Of a stretch of DNA of 64,000 bases, positions 17,925 through 27,267 are shown in pieces. Source of the stretch: Candidatus Hadarchaeales archaeon (GTDB lineage: Archaea > Hadarchaeota > Hadarchaeia > Hadarchaeales > WYZ-LMO6). A program made the position numbers and the translations under genes. Numbering within the stretch: the first letter of the stretch is position 1; each line of letters begins with the position of its first letter. The stretch is taken from the NCBI GenBank assembly GCA_038851755.1, contig JAWCKR010000004.1, positions 25,332-89,331 of the forward strand, given 5' to 3'. Below the pieces are notes generated by a model that saw only the letters and a list, made by a program, of their open reading frames with translations, was not told where the DNA came from and did not search any database.

Positions 17925-20284
17925 TCTCTTCCTTTGGTCCCGGCTTTCAGCTTCTCCTCCATCTGGTACACCAGGAGCTTGGTCCTGGCCACGGTGTCGG
18001 GGTTGACGGAGACGCTGTCTATCCCTGACCTCACCAGGAACTCCGTGAACTCGGGATAGACGCTGGGTGCCTGGCCGCAGATGGACACCGTCACTCCCCT
18101 CGAGTGGGCCTTCCTTATGAGGTCCTCTATCGCCCTCTTCACCGCCTCGTTCCTCTCGTCGAAGTACCCCATGTTGGCCAGGATTCCGGAGTCCCGGTCC
18201 ACCCCTAGCACCAGCTGGGTGAGATCGTTGCTCCCTATGCTGAAGCCGTCGCAGAACTTGGAGAACTCCTCCGCCAGGAAGACGATGCTGGGGACCTCGG
18301 CCATCAGCCAGACCTTGAAGGTTCCTCCCCTCGTCAGTCCTTCCTCCTTCATGATCTGCAGGCACCTCTCCACCTCCCAGACGGTGCGCACAAAGGGAAG
18401 CATCACCCACACGTTGTCCAGCCCCTTCTCCCTCACCCTCCTGATGGCCCTGCACTCCAGCCTGAAGGCCTGCTCGAACTGCGGGCTGATGTACCGGGAG
18501 ACCCCCCTCCAGCCCAGCATGGGGTTGGCCTCCGTGGGCTCGTACCGCTCTCCCCCCTTCAGCTCCCTGTACTCGTTCGTCTTGAAGTCGGAGAACCTCA
18601 CCACCACGAACCTGGGGTAGATGGCCTCCGCCACCCTCGCTATTCCCTCCGCCAGCTTCTCCGTGTAGAGGTTGCCCTCCCCCTTCTCCAGCAGGTAGTT
18701 GGGATGCTGCCCCACCCAGCTGGCGATGATGAACTCCACCCTCATCAGTCCTATGCCCTCGAAGGGCAGGTCCTTGTATCTCCCTATCTCGTCCGGCTCT
18801 CCCAGGTTCATCAGGATCTTCGTCCTGGTCTTCAGCCCCCTCACCTCCTCGGGTGAGACCTCCAGGGCCTTTTCCCTGGCCAGGAGCTCCGGTACCTCTC
18901 CCGCGTAGACCAGCCCCTTCCTGGAGTCCAGCGTGACCACCATGCCCTCAGAGAGGACCCTCAGGGCGTCCCTGGCCCCCACGATGCAGGGTATGCCCAG
19001 CTCCCTGGAGACGATGGCAGCGTGGGAGGTGATGCCACCCTCCGTGGTGATGATGCCAGAAGCGATCTTCATGTAGGGTACCCAGTCGGGGGAGGTCATC
19101 TCCGTGACCAGGAGGTCCCCCTTCTTCAGCCTCTCGGAGGCCTCCTGCGGGCTCTTCACGATTTTGACCTTTCCTATGGCAGCCCCCGGGGAGGCCGGAA
19201 GACCCTTCAGGAGGGGCGGATGCTTCACCTCCACCTCCACCGCCTTCTCCTCGTAGAAGACCGTCACGGGCCTCGCCTGCAACAGGAAGACCCTTCCATC
19301 CTCGCTGGCCCATTCGAAGTCCTGGGGAGTCTTGTAGTGCTCCTCCAGCCTCAGCGCGAGTTCCCAGAGCTGCCTGAGCTCGTCCTTCGTCAGGCACTCC
19401 CTCTTGGCCATTTCGGGGGACACCTCCCTCTCCCTCAGACCGCCGTCGGGGGAGACCACGGACATCCTGGTTTTCGAGGAGATGTGCTTCTCCACCACCT
19501 CCCCCGTCCGCTTGTCGAGGACGTAGGTATCGGGGGTCACGGCCCCAGAGACCACGGCCTCACCCTGTCCCCAGGAGGCCTCCACCACGATCTTGTTCCT
19601 GTCCCCGGTCGAGGGGTGCAGGGTGAAGCCCACCCCGGCCTTGTACCTCCCCTGCAGGTAGCCCTCCTCCCCCAGCATCCCCAGCTGCTTCTGCACCACC
19701 AGGGCGATGAGGACCTTCTCGTGCTCGAAGCCTTTCTTGGCCCGGTAGAAGGTGGCCCGGGAGGTGAAGAGGGAAGCCCAGCACTTCTTCACGGCATCCA
19801 GTATCTTCTCCTCCCCCCTCACGTTGAGCAGGGTGAGCTGCTGCCCGGCGAAGGAGGCGTCGGGCACGTCCTCGGCGGTGGCGGAACTCCTCACCGCCAC
19901 GTACTCCTCCTCCTTTCCGAACCTCCTGGAGAGGTCGCGGTACTCCCTCAGGATCTCCTCCCTTATCTCGGGGGGCATCGGGGAGCCCTCTATCATGGAG
20001 CGCAGCTTTTCCGTGTTCTTCTCCAGCTCCGAGGGATCATCCACGTTCGTCCTGGCGAGCAACTCCTGGATCTTCTTCCCCAGTCCGTTCTTTTCCACGA
20101 ATTCCCGGTAGGCACGGGTGTTGATCACGAAGGCGTAGGGGACGGGCAGACCGGCGTTGTGCATCTCTCCAAGGTTGGCGGCTTTCCCCCCCACCTTGGG
20201 CAGGTCGTCCCTGCTCAGTTCCTCCAGCCGCTCGATGTAGATGCCCATTTCTTTCCCCATGTTCTTTTTTCCATCGCCCCCCAT
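17921..20284 (-). CDS. ppsA: Phosphoenolpyruvate synthase
   Basis: VGGKAANLGEM, AVRSSATAED, SFAGQ, GGITSHAAIVSRELG (phospho-His), SIGSNDLTQ, SICGQAPS. Start may be slightly downstream. Confidence 0.94.
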   Translation of the reverse strand: MGGDGKKNMGKEMGIYIERLEELSRDDLPKVGGKAANLGEMHNAGLPVPYAFVINTRAYREFVEKNGLGKKIQELLARTNVDDPSELEKNTEKLRSMIEGSPMPPEIREEILREYRDLSRRFGKEEEYVAVRSSATAEDVPDASFAGQQLTLLNVRGEEKILDAVKKCWASLFTSRATFYRAKKGFEHEKVLIALVVQKQLGMLGEEGYLQGRYKAGVGFTLHPSTGDRNKIVVEASWGQGEAVVSGAVTPDTYVLDKRTGEVVEKHISSKTRMSVVSPDGGLREREVSPEMAKRECLTKDELRQLWELALRLEEHYKTPQDFEWASEDGRVFLLQARPVTVFYEEKAVEVEVKHPPLLKGLPASPGAAIGKVKIVKSPQEASERLKKGDLLVTEMTSPDWVPYMKIASGIITTEGGITSHAAIVSRELGIPCIVGARDALRVLSEGMVVTLDSRKGLVYAGEVPELLAREKALEVSPEEVRGLKTRTKILMNLGEPDEIGRYKDLPFEGIGLMRVEFIIASWVGQHPNYLLEKGEGNLYTEKLAEGIARVAEAIYPRFVVVRFSDFKTNEYRELKGGERYEPTEANPMLGWRGVSRYISPQFEQAFRLECRAIRRVREKGLDNVWVMLPFVRTVWEVERCLQIMKEEGLTRGGTFKVWLMAEVPSIVFLAEEFSKFCDGFSIGSNDLTQLVLGVDRDSGILANMGYFDERNEAVKRAIEDLIRKAHSRGVTVSICGQAPSVYPEFTEFLVRSGIDSVSVNPDTVARTKLLVYQMEEKLKAGTKGRE

Positions 20285-20378
20285 ATCTACGAGCAGGCTT
20301 TTTTATCCGTTTTCTTTTTTCCGCCTTGCGAGCGGTAGAGTTAAACGGGGAGAGGTAAAGGGGGGGAGGTGAGGTGTT

Positions 20379-21221
20379 TTGACCTCTTCTCCCTCGAGGC
20401 GTCTCGGGGTCTCCCTGATAGGCTGCGGTGAGATAGGAGGTATTCTGGCCAAGGCGGTGCAGGCTGGAAGGGCGGGCAGTGCGGAGCTCAGGTTTCTCTT
20501 TGACAGGGACCAGGAGAGGAGCAGGAGGCTGGCGCGGGAGCTGGGTGGGATCAGGGTGGCGGAGAGCGTGAGGGAGATTCTCTCGGACTCGGGGACCAGG
20601 GTGGTGGTGGAGGCAGCCTCCCAGGCCGCCGTGGTGGAGTACGGAGAGGAGGTCCTGAGGTCGGGGAAGGACCTGATGGTGATGAGCGTGGGCGCTCTTG
20701 CCGACGAGGAGCTGCTCCAAAGGCTTCTAGAGGCCGCCAGGAGGGGGGGGAGCAGGATCCACGTGCCCTCCGGTTCCATCCCCGGGGTGGATGGAGTGAA
20801 GGCAGCCCACCTGGTGGGGATAAAGGAGGCGCAGCTGACCACCAGGAAGCCACCCGTGGCCCTCTCCTACAGTCCCTACCTGAAGAAGAAGGGGGTGGAC
20901 CTCTCCGGGCTGAGGGAGCCCCTGGTGGTGTTCGAGGGCACGGCCAGGGAAGCCGTCAGGGCCTTCCCGGAGAGCGTGAACATCGCCGCCACCCTGGGTC
21001 TGGCGGGGATAGGTCTCGACAGGCTCAGGGTGAGGATCATCGCCGATCCCTCCCTCGACAGGAACGTGCACGAGCTCAAGGTGGTGGGGGAGGCAGGGGA
21101 GATAATGACGGTGGCCAGGAACGTCCCCTCCCCGGGCAACCCCAGGACCAGCTACCTGGCAGCCCTCTCGGCCATCATGAGGCTCCGTGACCTGGTGGAG
21201 ACCCTGCTGGTGGGAACCTAG
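20379..21221 (+). CDS. nadX: L-aspartate dehydrogenase (NAD biosynthesis)
   Basis: IGCGEIG, VVEAAS, MSVGAL, PSGSIPGVD, TRKPP, FPESVNIAA, NPRTSYLAALS. Confidence 0.9.
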   Translation: MTSSPSRRLGVSLIGCGEIGGILAKAVQAGRAGSAELRFLFDRDQERSRRLARELGGIRVAESVREILSDSGTRVVVEAASQAAVVEYGEEVLRSGKDLMVMSVGALADEELLQRLLEAARRGGSRIHVPSGSIPGVDGVKAAHLVGIKEAQLTTRKPPVALSYSPYLKKKGVDLSGLREPLVVFEGTAREAVRAFPESVNIAATLGLAGIGLDRLRVRIIADPSLDRNVHELKVVGEAGEIMTVARNVPSPGNPRTSYLAALSAIMRLRDLVETLLVGT

Positions 21222-22426
21222 GTGACGGCCAGGCCGTGTTTCCTGGCTATGTCGAGGAAGCCCTCCGCCACGAGCTTGACCTCCTCCCACTTCAGGCCGT
21301 AGGTGTTGAGCTTGAAGTGCCTGGTTAGGCCAGGCTGTATGCCCACGATACCCCTTTCCCTCAGCTCCTCGTAAAGGAAGAAGCCCCTCCTGCGGTGCTC
21401 CTTGGAAACCTTGTAGAAGCCCTCCGACTGCACCTGAACCAGCGTGTGTCTCTTGGGCCTTTCCCCCAGCTGCCTGGTACCCTCTATCCTTTCCAGCTCC
21501 CCCACGAGGTACCGGGTCTTCCTTACCTCCTCCTCCCACCCCTTCACCCTTTCCACCACGTGCGGGAAGGAAGCCATCAGGGTGGCCAGGGGGGCGCCCA
21601 TCACCGTGCACCCCAGCAGGGCCACCTCCTTTTCCGGGAAGGACCGACCGCTCACGTCCCCCCTCATCCCGGACCTGCGGAGGATCCTCTCCGCCACCCC
21701 TCCCCCCAGGGCCATGATCCCGGTGGGGGCGCTGGCGGCCCAGCTCTTGTGCCCGCTGCTCACCAGCACGTCTGCCCCCAGCTTCTCTCCGTCCACCGGC
21801 ATCACCCCTGCGGTGTAGGCGGCGTTCAGCAGGAAGGGTACCCCCTGCTCCCTGCACAGCTTTCCCACCTCCTCCGCCGGGGCCAGGTTTCCGTAAAAGG
21901 AGTCAACGTGGGTGAGGAGAACCACGGCGGGTGGTTTTCCCGTTTCCTTCTTCACCCTCTCCATCACCTCCGCGTAGGCCTCTGGCGTGATCCTGAACTC
22001 CGGTGGGCCGGAGTGGGGGACCTCCCTCACCTTCACGCGGGCGAGCTCCGCGGCCAGGTAGGTGGAGTAGTGGGCCAGGCTGTCCACCACCACGCAGTCC
22101 CCGGGCGAGGCCAGGGAGGAAAAAGCGATGAACTTCCCCTCCCTGCACCTGGTCACCACCCTGGCCACCTCCAGGTGCAGGAACTCCGCCAGGTCCTCCA
22201 AGAAGTCGGCTACGGGGGGCCTCTTTATCTGGTCCAGTCTGGGGGTCTTGGGGGGGCACCAGTCGCACACCGAGTACCCGTCACCGAACTCCAGGAGGGC
22301 CCTCCTCGCCTCCGGGGTGAGGATTCCTCCCCTCTGGATGGGGTTCAGGTTGATGATCCCCTCCCTCCCGAACTCCCTTTCCAGTTCCCTGTAGCGGGAG
22401 AGGCGCCCGGGGGTGAGCTCTCCCAT
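21218..22426 (-). CDS. pscS: O-phospho-L-seryl-tRNA:Cys-tRNA synthase (SepCysS)
   Basis: INLNPIQRGG, GDGYSVCDWC, AHYSTY, LNAAY, SGHKSWA (PLP Lys), LLGCT, GFFLYEEL. Confidence 0.93.
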   Translation of the reverse strand: MGELTPGRLSRYRELEREFGREGIINLNPIQRGGILTPEARRALLEFGDGYSVCDWCPPKTPRLDQIKRPPVADFLEDLAEFLHLEVARVVTRCREGKFIAFSSLASPGDCVVVDSLAHYSTYLAAELARVKVREVPHSGPPEFRITPEAYAEVMERVKKETGKPPAVVLLTHVDSFYGNLAPAEEVGKLCREQGVPFLLNAAYTAGVMPVDGEKLGADVLVSSGHKSWAASAPTGIMALGGGVAERILRRSGMRGDVSGRSFPEKEVALLGCTVMGAPLATLMASFPHVVERVKGWEEEVRKTRYLVGELERIEGTRQLGERPKRHTLVQVQSEGFYKVSKEHRRRGFFLYEELRERGIVGIQPGLTRHFKLNTYGLKWEEVKLVAEGFLDIARKHGLAVT

Positions 22427-22471
22427 CCCCCTACTCGGGAGGGGGAGATATTTTAACCCGGGGGAGGAGCT

Positions 22472-22882
22472 TTGGTGATGAAGAGGAAGATCCTCCTCAG
22501 GTACCCTGCCGAGATGGCGGAGGAGCCCATCTTCGCCTCCGTCCTTCTGGAGACGGGCATCCCGGCGAACATCCTCTACTCCAGCATAGGGGCGAGGGGA
22601 GGGGAGATCCTCATAGGGGTGGATGCACCCCCGGAGCAGGTGGAGCGGATGATGGCCCTCTTCAGGAGGAAGGGGGTGGAGGCGGTGGAGGTGAGGAGGG
22701 CGATCAAGGTGGAGAGGGAGAGGTGCTTCGACTGCGGTGCCTGTATCTCCCTCTGCCCCACGCAGGCCCTCAGGCTGGCGGAGGACTACTCGCTGCAGGT
22801 GGAGGAGGAGAAGTGCGTGTGCTGCGAGGTGTGCGTCCCCGCCTGTCCGGTCAGGGCCATCACGGTGAGGAGCTTCGAATGA
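22472..22882 (+). CDS. NIL-domain / 2[4Fe-4S] ferredoxin protein
   Basis: ANILYS NIL motif followed by CFDCGACISLCP and CVCCEVCVPACP. Confidence 0.88.
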   Translation: MVMKRKILLRYPAEMAEEPIFASVLLETGIPANILYSSIGARGGEILIGVDAPPEQVERMMALFRRKGVEAVEVRRAIKVERERCFDCGACISLCPTQALRLAEDYSLQVEEEKCVCCEVCVPACPVRAITVRSFE

Positions 22883-23661
22883 TCTCCCTGAGGTGGTCTT
22901 ACAGGGAGACCCACCTCCTGATCAGGGCGGACGACCGCGAGGTGGCCAGGGCCGCCGTGCGCTCCGCCTTCAGGGCCAGGAGGGAGGTGGAGAGGTTCCT
23001 CCTGGCGCATCCGGAGTTCAGGTATTCCCTGGAGCCCCTCTCCTTTCCGGGGGAGGAACTGCCCAGGACGGTGGAGCTCATGGTGCGGGCGGGTGAGGTC
23101 GCGGGCGTGGGACCCTTCGCCTCGGTGGCGGGCGCCATCGCCCAGAGGGCCCTGGAGGGGGCCAGGGAGGCCGGTGGGGTCAACGTGGTGGTGGAGAACG
23201 GGGGGGACATAGCCCTGGACGGCAGGAGGGAGTTCTCGGTGGGCATCTTCGCTGGAGGCCATCCCCTCTCGGGGAGGATAGCCCTAGTGCTCACTCCCAG
23301 GGAGCTTCCGGCGGGTGTGTGCACGAGCTCCGGAACGGTGGGGCCCTCCCTCAGTTTCGGCTGGGCGGAGGCCGTGACGGTGGTCTCGGACGAGGCCTCC
23401 CTTTCCGACGCGGCCGCCACCTCCATCTCCAACGAGGTGAGGGGGGAGGCCGAGGAGGCCGTGGGGAGGGGGCTTGACAGGGCGAGGGAGATCCCGGGGG
23501 TGAGGGGTTGCCTGATCCTTTACGGTGGGAAGGTGGGGGCGGTGGGGAGGCTCCCCCGTCTCTGCTTGGTGGAGGGAAAGGAATTGCGTCGACCCTCTCC
23601 CTGGCCTTCTCCCCTAGAGGAGTGGTTCGAGGGCGGTAAGGTTAAATCCGGAAGGAAGTAA
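22879..23661 (+). CDS. UPF0280 / ApbE-like protein (COG2122)
   Basis: VGPFASVAGAIA, VENGGDIA, GVCTSSGTVGPSLSFG, DAAATSISN; ATGA overlap with the NIL-ferredoxin gene. Confidence 0.87.
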   Translation: MISLRWSYRETHLLIRADDREVARAAVRSAFRARREVERFLLAHPEFRYSLEPLSFPGEELPRTVELMVRAGEVAGVGPFASVAGAIAQRALEGAREAGGVNVVVENGGDIALDGRREFSVGIFAGGHPLSGRIALVLTPRELPAGVCTSSGTVGPSLSFGWAEAVTVVSDEASLSDAAATSISNEVRGEAEEAVGRGLDRAREIPGVRGCLILYGGKVGAVGRLPRLCLVEGKELRRPSPWPSPLEEWFEGGKVKSGRK

Positions 23662-23668
23662 AGCGGGT

Positions 23669-24565
23669 GTGAACGCCGTGGTTCCGAGCGGTTCCGGTCT
23701 GAACCCTTACGTGAGGCATAAGATCAGGCAGATGCTCGCCGAGGACCTGAGCTTCGGGGATCTCACCACCGAGGCGCTGGTGGACCCAAAGCTGGTGGTG
23801 AGGGCGAGGATCGTGTGCAAGGAAAGGGGAGTGCTGGCCGGGGTTCAGGAGGCCAGGATGGCTTTCGAGGAGATGGGCGTGAAGACGCTCGGGTCTAAGG
23901 AGGATGGGGAGGAGCTGAAGCCCGGGGACGTGGTGATGGAGGTGGAGGGACCCGCGCAGGGGGTCCTGAAGGCGGAGAGGATTTCCCTGAACCTCCTCAT
24001 GCGGATGAGCGGTGTGGCCACCGCGGCCAGAAGAATGGTGGAGAAGGCCAGGGAGGTGGCGCCAAAGGTGAGGGTGGCGGCCACCCGCAAGACCCTGCCC
24101 CTCCTGACCTACTTCGACAAGAGGGCCGTGGTGGTGGGTGGGGGGGATCCCCACCGGTGGAGGCTTGACGACGGGGTGCTGGTGAAGAAGGACCACCTAG
24201 AACTGGTGGATTCGATAGAGAAGGCGGTGAAAAGGGTCAGGGAGGCTGTGAGCTTCACCAAGAAGGTGGAGGTGGAGGTGACCACGGCGGAGCAGGCGCT
24301 GGAGGCAGCAAGGGCGGGTGCGGATATCGTGATGCTGGACAACGTTTTACCCTCCGAAGCGAGGAGGGCGGTGGAGGAGCTGAAGAGGGCAGGGCTCAGG
24401 GAGAGGGTGATCGTGGAGGTTTCCGGGGGGATTACCCCCGATAACCTGCAGGAGTACGCCAGGACGGGGGTGGATGTGGTCTCCTCCAGCTACATGACCT
24501 TCAGGGCCCTGGCCGTGGACATGAGCCTGGAGGTGGAGAAGGTAGGCACCCGCCGCCATCGATAA
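23669..24565 (+). CDS. nadC: Quinolinate phosphoribosyltransferase
   Basis: EDLSFGDLTT, ERISLNLL, SGVAT, ATRKTLP, VEVEV, MLDN, EVSGGIT. Confidence 0.92.
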   Translation: MNAVVPSGSGLNPYVRHKIRQMLAEDLSFGDLTTEALVDPKLVVRARIVCKERGVLAGVQEARMAFEEMGVKTLGSKEDGEELKPGDVVMEVEGPAQGVLKAERISLNLLMRMSGVATAARRMVEKAREVAPKVRVAATRKTLPLLTYFDKRAVVVGGGDPHRWRLDDGVLVKKDHLELVDSIEKAVKRVREAVSFTKKVEVEVTTAEQALEAARAGADIVMLDNVLPSEARRAVEELKRAGLRERVIVEVSGGITPDNLQEYARTGVDVVSSSYMTFRALAVDMSLEVEKVGTRRHR

Positions 24566-24605
24566 GTTAAAAAGGCGGGGAAGACCATCCTCGGAGGGTG
24601 AAAGC

Positions 24606-24821
24606 TTGGAGGGACTGTCAGGAAACGCCCAGAAGGTATACGAGGCGCTCAAGAAGCTCGGCGCCACCTCCCAGAACACCCTGAAGACGGCGGACGACGT
24701 GATGAGGGCGGCGAAGCTCCCCAAGGGAATGGTGAACAATTCCCTGATAGAGCTCGTCAACAAGGGTTACGCCAAGAGGGTGGCCAGGGAGAAGGCGGCC
24801 GGCTACTACCTGGTGAAGTAA
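24606..24821 (+). CDS. Small basic winged-helix protein (71 aa)
   Basis: TTG start after GGAGGGTGA; helix-rich pattern ending LVNKGYAKRV...GYYLVK typical of wHTH; T-rich tract downstream. Confidence 0.7.
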   Translation: MEGLSGNAQKVYEALKKLGATSQNTLKTADDVMRAAKLPKGMVNNSLIELVNKGYAKRVAREKAAGYYLVK

Positions 24822-24855
24822 GGGTTAAGCTTCTCGGGCCCCTTTTCTTTTCGGG

Positions 24856-25962
24856 ATGAGGACCGGGACAGCGGAGCTTCCCCTCCATGGGGGGCGTTGT
24901 CCCCCCTGGCTCTTCGGAAGGATGAGAAGGCTGGGAGGGGCGGTCGTCAGGGTCATCGTGGAGGAGTTCGGGAAGAAGGAGCTGCTGAGGAGGATGGGGG
25001 ATCCCTTCTTCTTCCAGTCCCTGGGCTGCGCCCTGGGTTACGACTGGCACTCGAGCGGTCTCAGCACCGTCACGCTGGGGGCCCTGAAGGAGGGTGTGGA
25101 TCCCAGGGAGGTCGGCCTGGCCTTTTGCGGGGGGAAGGGGAGGGCCTCCAGGAAGACGCCCGAGGAGATCCTGAGGTGGGGGGAGCTCTTCTCCCTCTCC
25201 TCCTCCAGAGTAGGTGAGCTCCAGCACGCCAGCAGGATGGCGGCCAAGGTGGACAACGCCTGCGTGCAGGACGGCTACCAGCTCTACCACCACAGCTTCA
25301 TCCTCACGGAGGACGGGGACTGGGCGGTGGTCCAGCAGGGGATGAGGGAGAGGTGGGCCCGCAGGTACCACTGGGTGTCGGAGGGGGTGAGGAGCTTCGT
25401 GGAGGAGCCCCACTCTGGAATAGCGGGGGAAAGGAAGGAGGAGATGGTCCTGGACATGACGGCGAGGGAGAGCGAGGGGGCGAGGAGGGAGAGCGTGGAG
25501 CTGGCGAAGCGGGACCCTCAGGACCTCCTCGCCCTGAGCAGGGAGGCGGAACAGACCTCCCTCGACGAGTACCTGGGTCTTCCACCCAAGGCCAGGCTCC
25601 TCATGCCGGGGGAGCACGGGATTTCGAGGCTGACCAAGGAGACCCTTTCAGTGCTGAGGAGGGTCAGGGAGGTGGACCCCAAGGACTACGAGGAGCTGGT
25701 GGCCATCAGGGGGGTGGGGCCGAAGACCGTCAGGGCCCTGGCCCTCCTCTCCGCCCTGATCTATGGCAGGCCCCCTTCCTGGAGGGACCCCGTGAGGTAC
25801 TCCTTCACGGTGGGTGGAAAGGATGGGGTGCCCTATCCCGTGGACAGGAAGCACTACGATGAGGTGGTGGAGTTCCTCCAGCTAACCCTGGAAGAGGCGA
25901 AGGTGGAGAGGGAGGAAAGATTGAAGGCCCTCCGGAGGCTGGCCAGGCTTGCGGGGGGTTAA
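24856..25962 (+). CDS. DUF763-family protein with helix-hairpin-helix motif
   Basis: AELPLHGGRCPPWLF, DWHSSG, AKVDNACVQDGYQLYHH, WAVVQQGM, GVGPKTVRAL, GGKDGVPYPVD. Confidence 0.88.
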   Translation: MRTGTAELPLHGGRCPPWLFGRMRRLGGAVVRVIVEEFGKKELLRRMGDPFFFQSLGCALGYDWHSSGLSTVTLGALKEGVDPREVGLAFCGGKGRASRKTPEEILRWGELFSLSSSRVGELQHASRMAAKVDNACVQDGYQLYHHSFILTEDGDWAVVQQGMRERWARRYHWVSEGVRSFVEEPHSGIAGERKEEMVLDMTARESEGARRESVELAKRDPQDLLALSREAEQTSLDEYLGLPPKARLLMPGEHGISRLTKETLSVLRRVREVDPKDYEELVAIRGVGPKTVRALALLSALIYGRPPSWRDPVRYSFTVGGKDGVPYPVDRKHYDEVVEFLQLTLEEAKVEREERLKALRRLARLAGG

Positions 25963-25966
25963 CGGA

Positions 25967-25972
25967 TTTATC
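25967..25972 (+). promoter_or_regulatory. Putative TATA box of tRNA-Tyr
   Basis: TTTATC about 25 nt upstream of the tRNA start. Confidence 0.45.
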
Positions 25973-25996
25973 CCAAGAGGTCCAAGAGAAAACGGT

Positions 25997-26087
25997 CCCG
26001 CGGTAGCTCAGCCTGGTTAGAGCGGCCGGCTGTAGACCCAGGGCCGTTACCGGCATGTCGGGAGTTCAAATCTCCCCCGCGGGACCA
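25997..26087 (+). tRNA. tRNA-Tyr(GTA) with 13-nt intron at 37/38 (26036-26048) and encoded CCA
   Basis: Acceptor CCCGCGG/CCGCGGG (C1-G72, A73), D arm GCTC/GAGC, anticodon stem GCCGG/CCGGC with CT-GTA-G[intron]A, T arm GGGAG-TTCAAAT-CTCCC. Confidence 0.93.
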
Positions 26088-26099
26088 CCCCGTCTCGGC

Positions 26100-27203
26100 C
26101 TACTCAGCGGTCCTTTCCAGGAGGGCCACACATTCCACGTGCTTGGTCTGGGCGAAGAGGTCTAGGGGCCGCGCCCTTTCGAGGTTGAAACCCCTCAGCC
26201 TGGCCAGGTCCCTCCCGAGGGTCGTGGGATTGCAGGAGACGTACACGATTCTCCTCGGAGGTGAGCGGTTGATGGCTTCTATGACCCTTTCCGAGCATCC
26301 CTGCCTGGGAGGGTCGAGGAGGAGGACGTCCAGGCCCTCCATCGGGAGGACCTCCTCCACCCTCCTCCTCACGAACCTCACGTTGGGGAGCCCCCGGAGG
26401 TTGTGGAGGGCGTCCTTTTCGGCGGAGGGTGAGGCCTCCACCGCCAAGACCTCCGAGGCCAGGTCGGAGAGGAGGGAGGCGAAGGTCCCCACCCCGGCGT
26501 AGGCATCCAGGATCCTGTCCGCGCTCCCTATCCACTCCCTCACCGTCCTCACCATCTCCTCCGCGCCCTCCGTGTTGGTCTGGAAGAAGGAAGAGGCGGA
26601 GATCCTGAACCTCCTGTCCAGCAGGACCTCGTGGTAGAAGGGCTGTCCCGTGGGCAGGTCCTGCAGGAAAAGGTTGGGCTGGATGAGGTACTCCCCCGTC
26701 CTTACCCCCACCCTGAGGGAGACCATGGTGCTGAAGCACCTCCCCTGCACCCGGGGGAGCAGCTCGTTTACCTGGGAGGTCATGAGGAGGCAGCGGTCCA
26801 CCCTCACGAATTCCCCGGTGAGCTTGTTCAGGAAGCCCACCTCCCCCCTCCTCGCGGTCAGCCTGGCATGGTTCCGGTAGCCCAGCTCACCTCCGCTGAG
26901 GGGGGGCTCCACCCTCCTCCCCAGCGCCCTCTCCACCTTCTCCCTTTTGAACTCCAGCTGCTTGTCGTACCTGAGGTGCTGGAGCTGGCACCCCGCGCAG
27001 CGGGGAAAGAGGGGGCAGGGGGGCTCCCTTCTGTCGGGGGAGGGAGAGAGGACTTCCCTGACCACCGCCACGCCTTCCCCCAGGAGCTCGGCCTCCACCT
27101 CCTCTCCCGGGAGGGCGTGAAGCACCCTCACCGTTCTTCCCCCCCACTCGGCCAGCCCCTCTCCCCCCTCCCCCATCCCCTTGATCAGGAGTCTCATCAA
27201 CAC
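26100..27203 (-). CDS. RlmD/TrmA-family RNA (uracil-5-)-methyltransferase with [4Fe-4S] motif
   Basis: TRAM-like N-terminus (ALPGEEV), CPLFPRCAGC, SFFQTN, DAYAGVGTF, LDPPRQG, YVSCNP, DLFAQTKHVE. Confidence 0.88.
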   Translation of the reverse strand: MLMRLLIKGMGEGGEGLAEWGGRTVRVLHALPGEEVEAELLGEGVAVVREVLSPSPDRREPPCPLFPRCAGCQLQHLRYDKQLEFKREKVERALGRRVEPPLSGGELGYRNHARLTARRGEVGFLNKLTGEFVRVDRCLLMTSQVNELLPRVQGRCFSTMVSLRVGVRTGEYLIQPNLFLQDLPTGQPFYHEVLLDRRFRISASSFFQTNTEGAEEMVRTVREWIGSADRILDAYAGVGTFASLLSDLASEVLAVEASPSAEKDALHNLRGLPNVRFVRRRVEEVLPMEGLDVLLLDPPRQGCSERVIEAINRSPPRRIVYVSCNPTTLGRDLARLRGFNLERARPLDLFAQTKHVECVALLERTAE

Positions 27204-27267
27204 CGGTGTTTTCCCTGGTTTTTGAGGCTAGGGGAGCGTAATAAGGTGGGCGGTCCAAGATAGGGGA

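Noticed and set aside
17925-18455. Apparent long N-terminal extensions on agmatinase (similarly FadH, CopB, ferritin-like, FprA, UPF0280, FEN1, flippase)
   Set aside because: Open frames running into neighbouring genes; internal starts, often overlapping the upstream stop codon, fit better.
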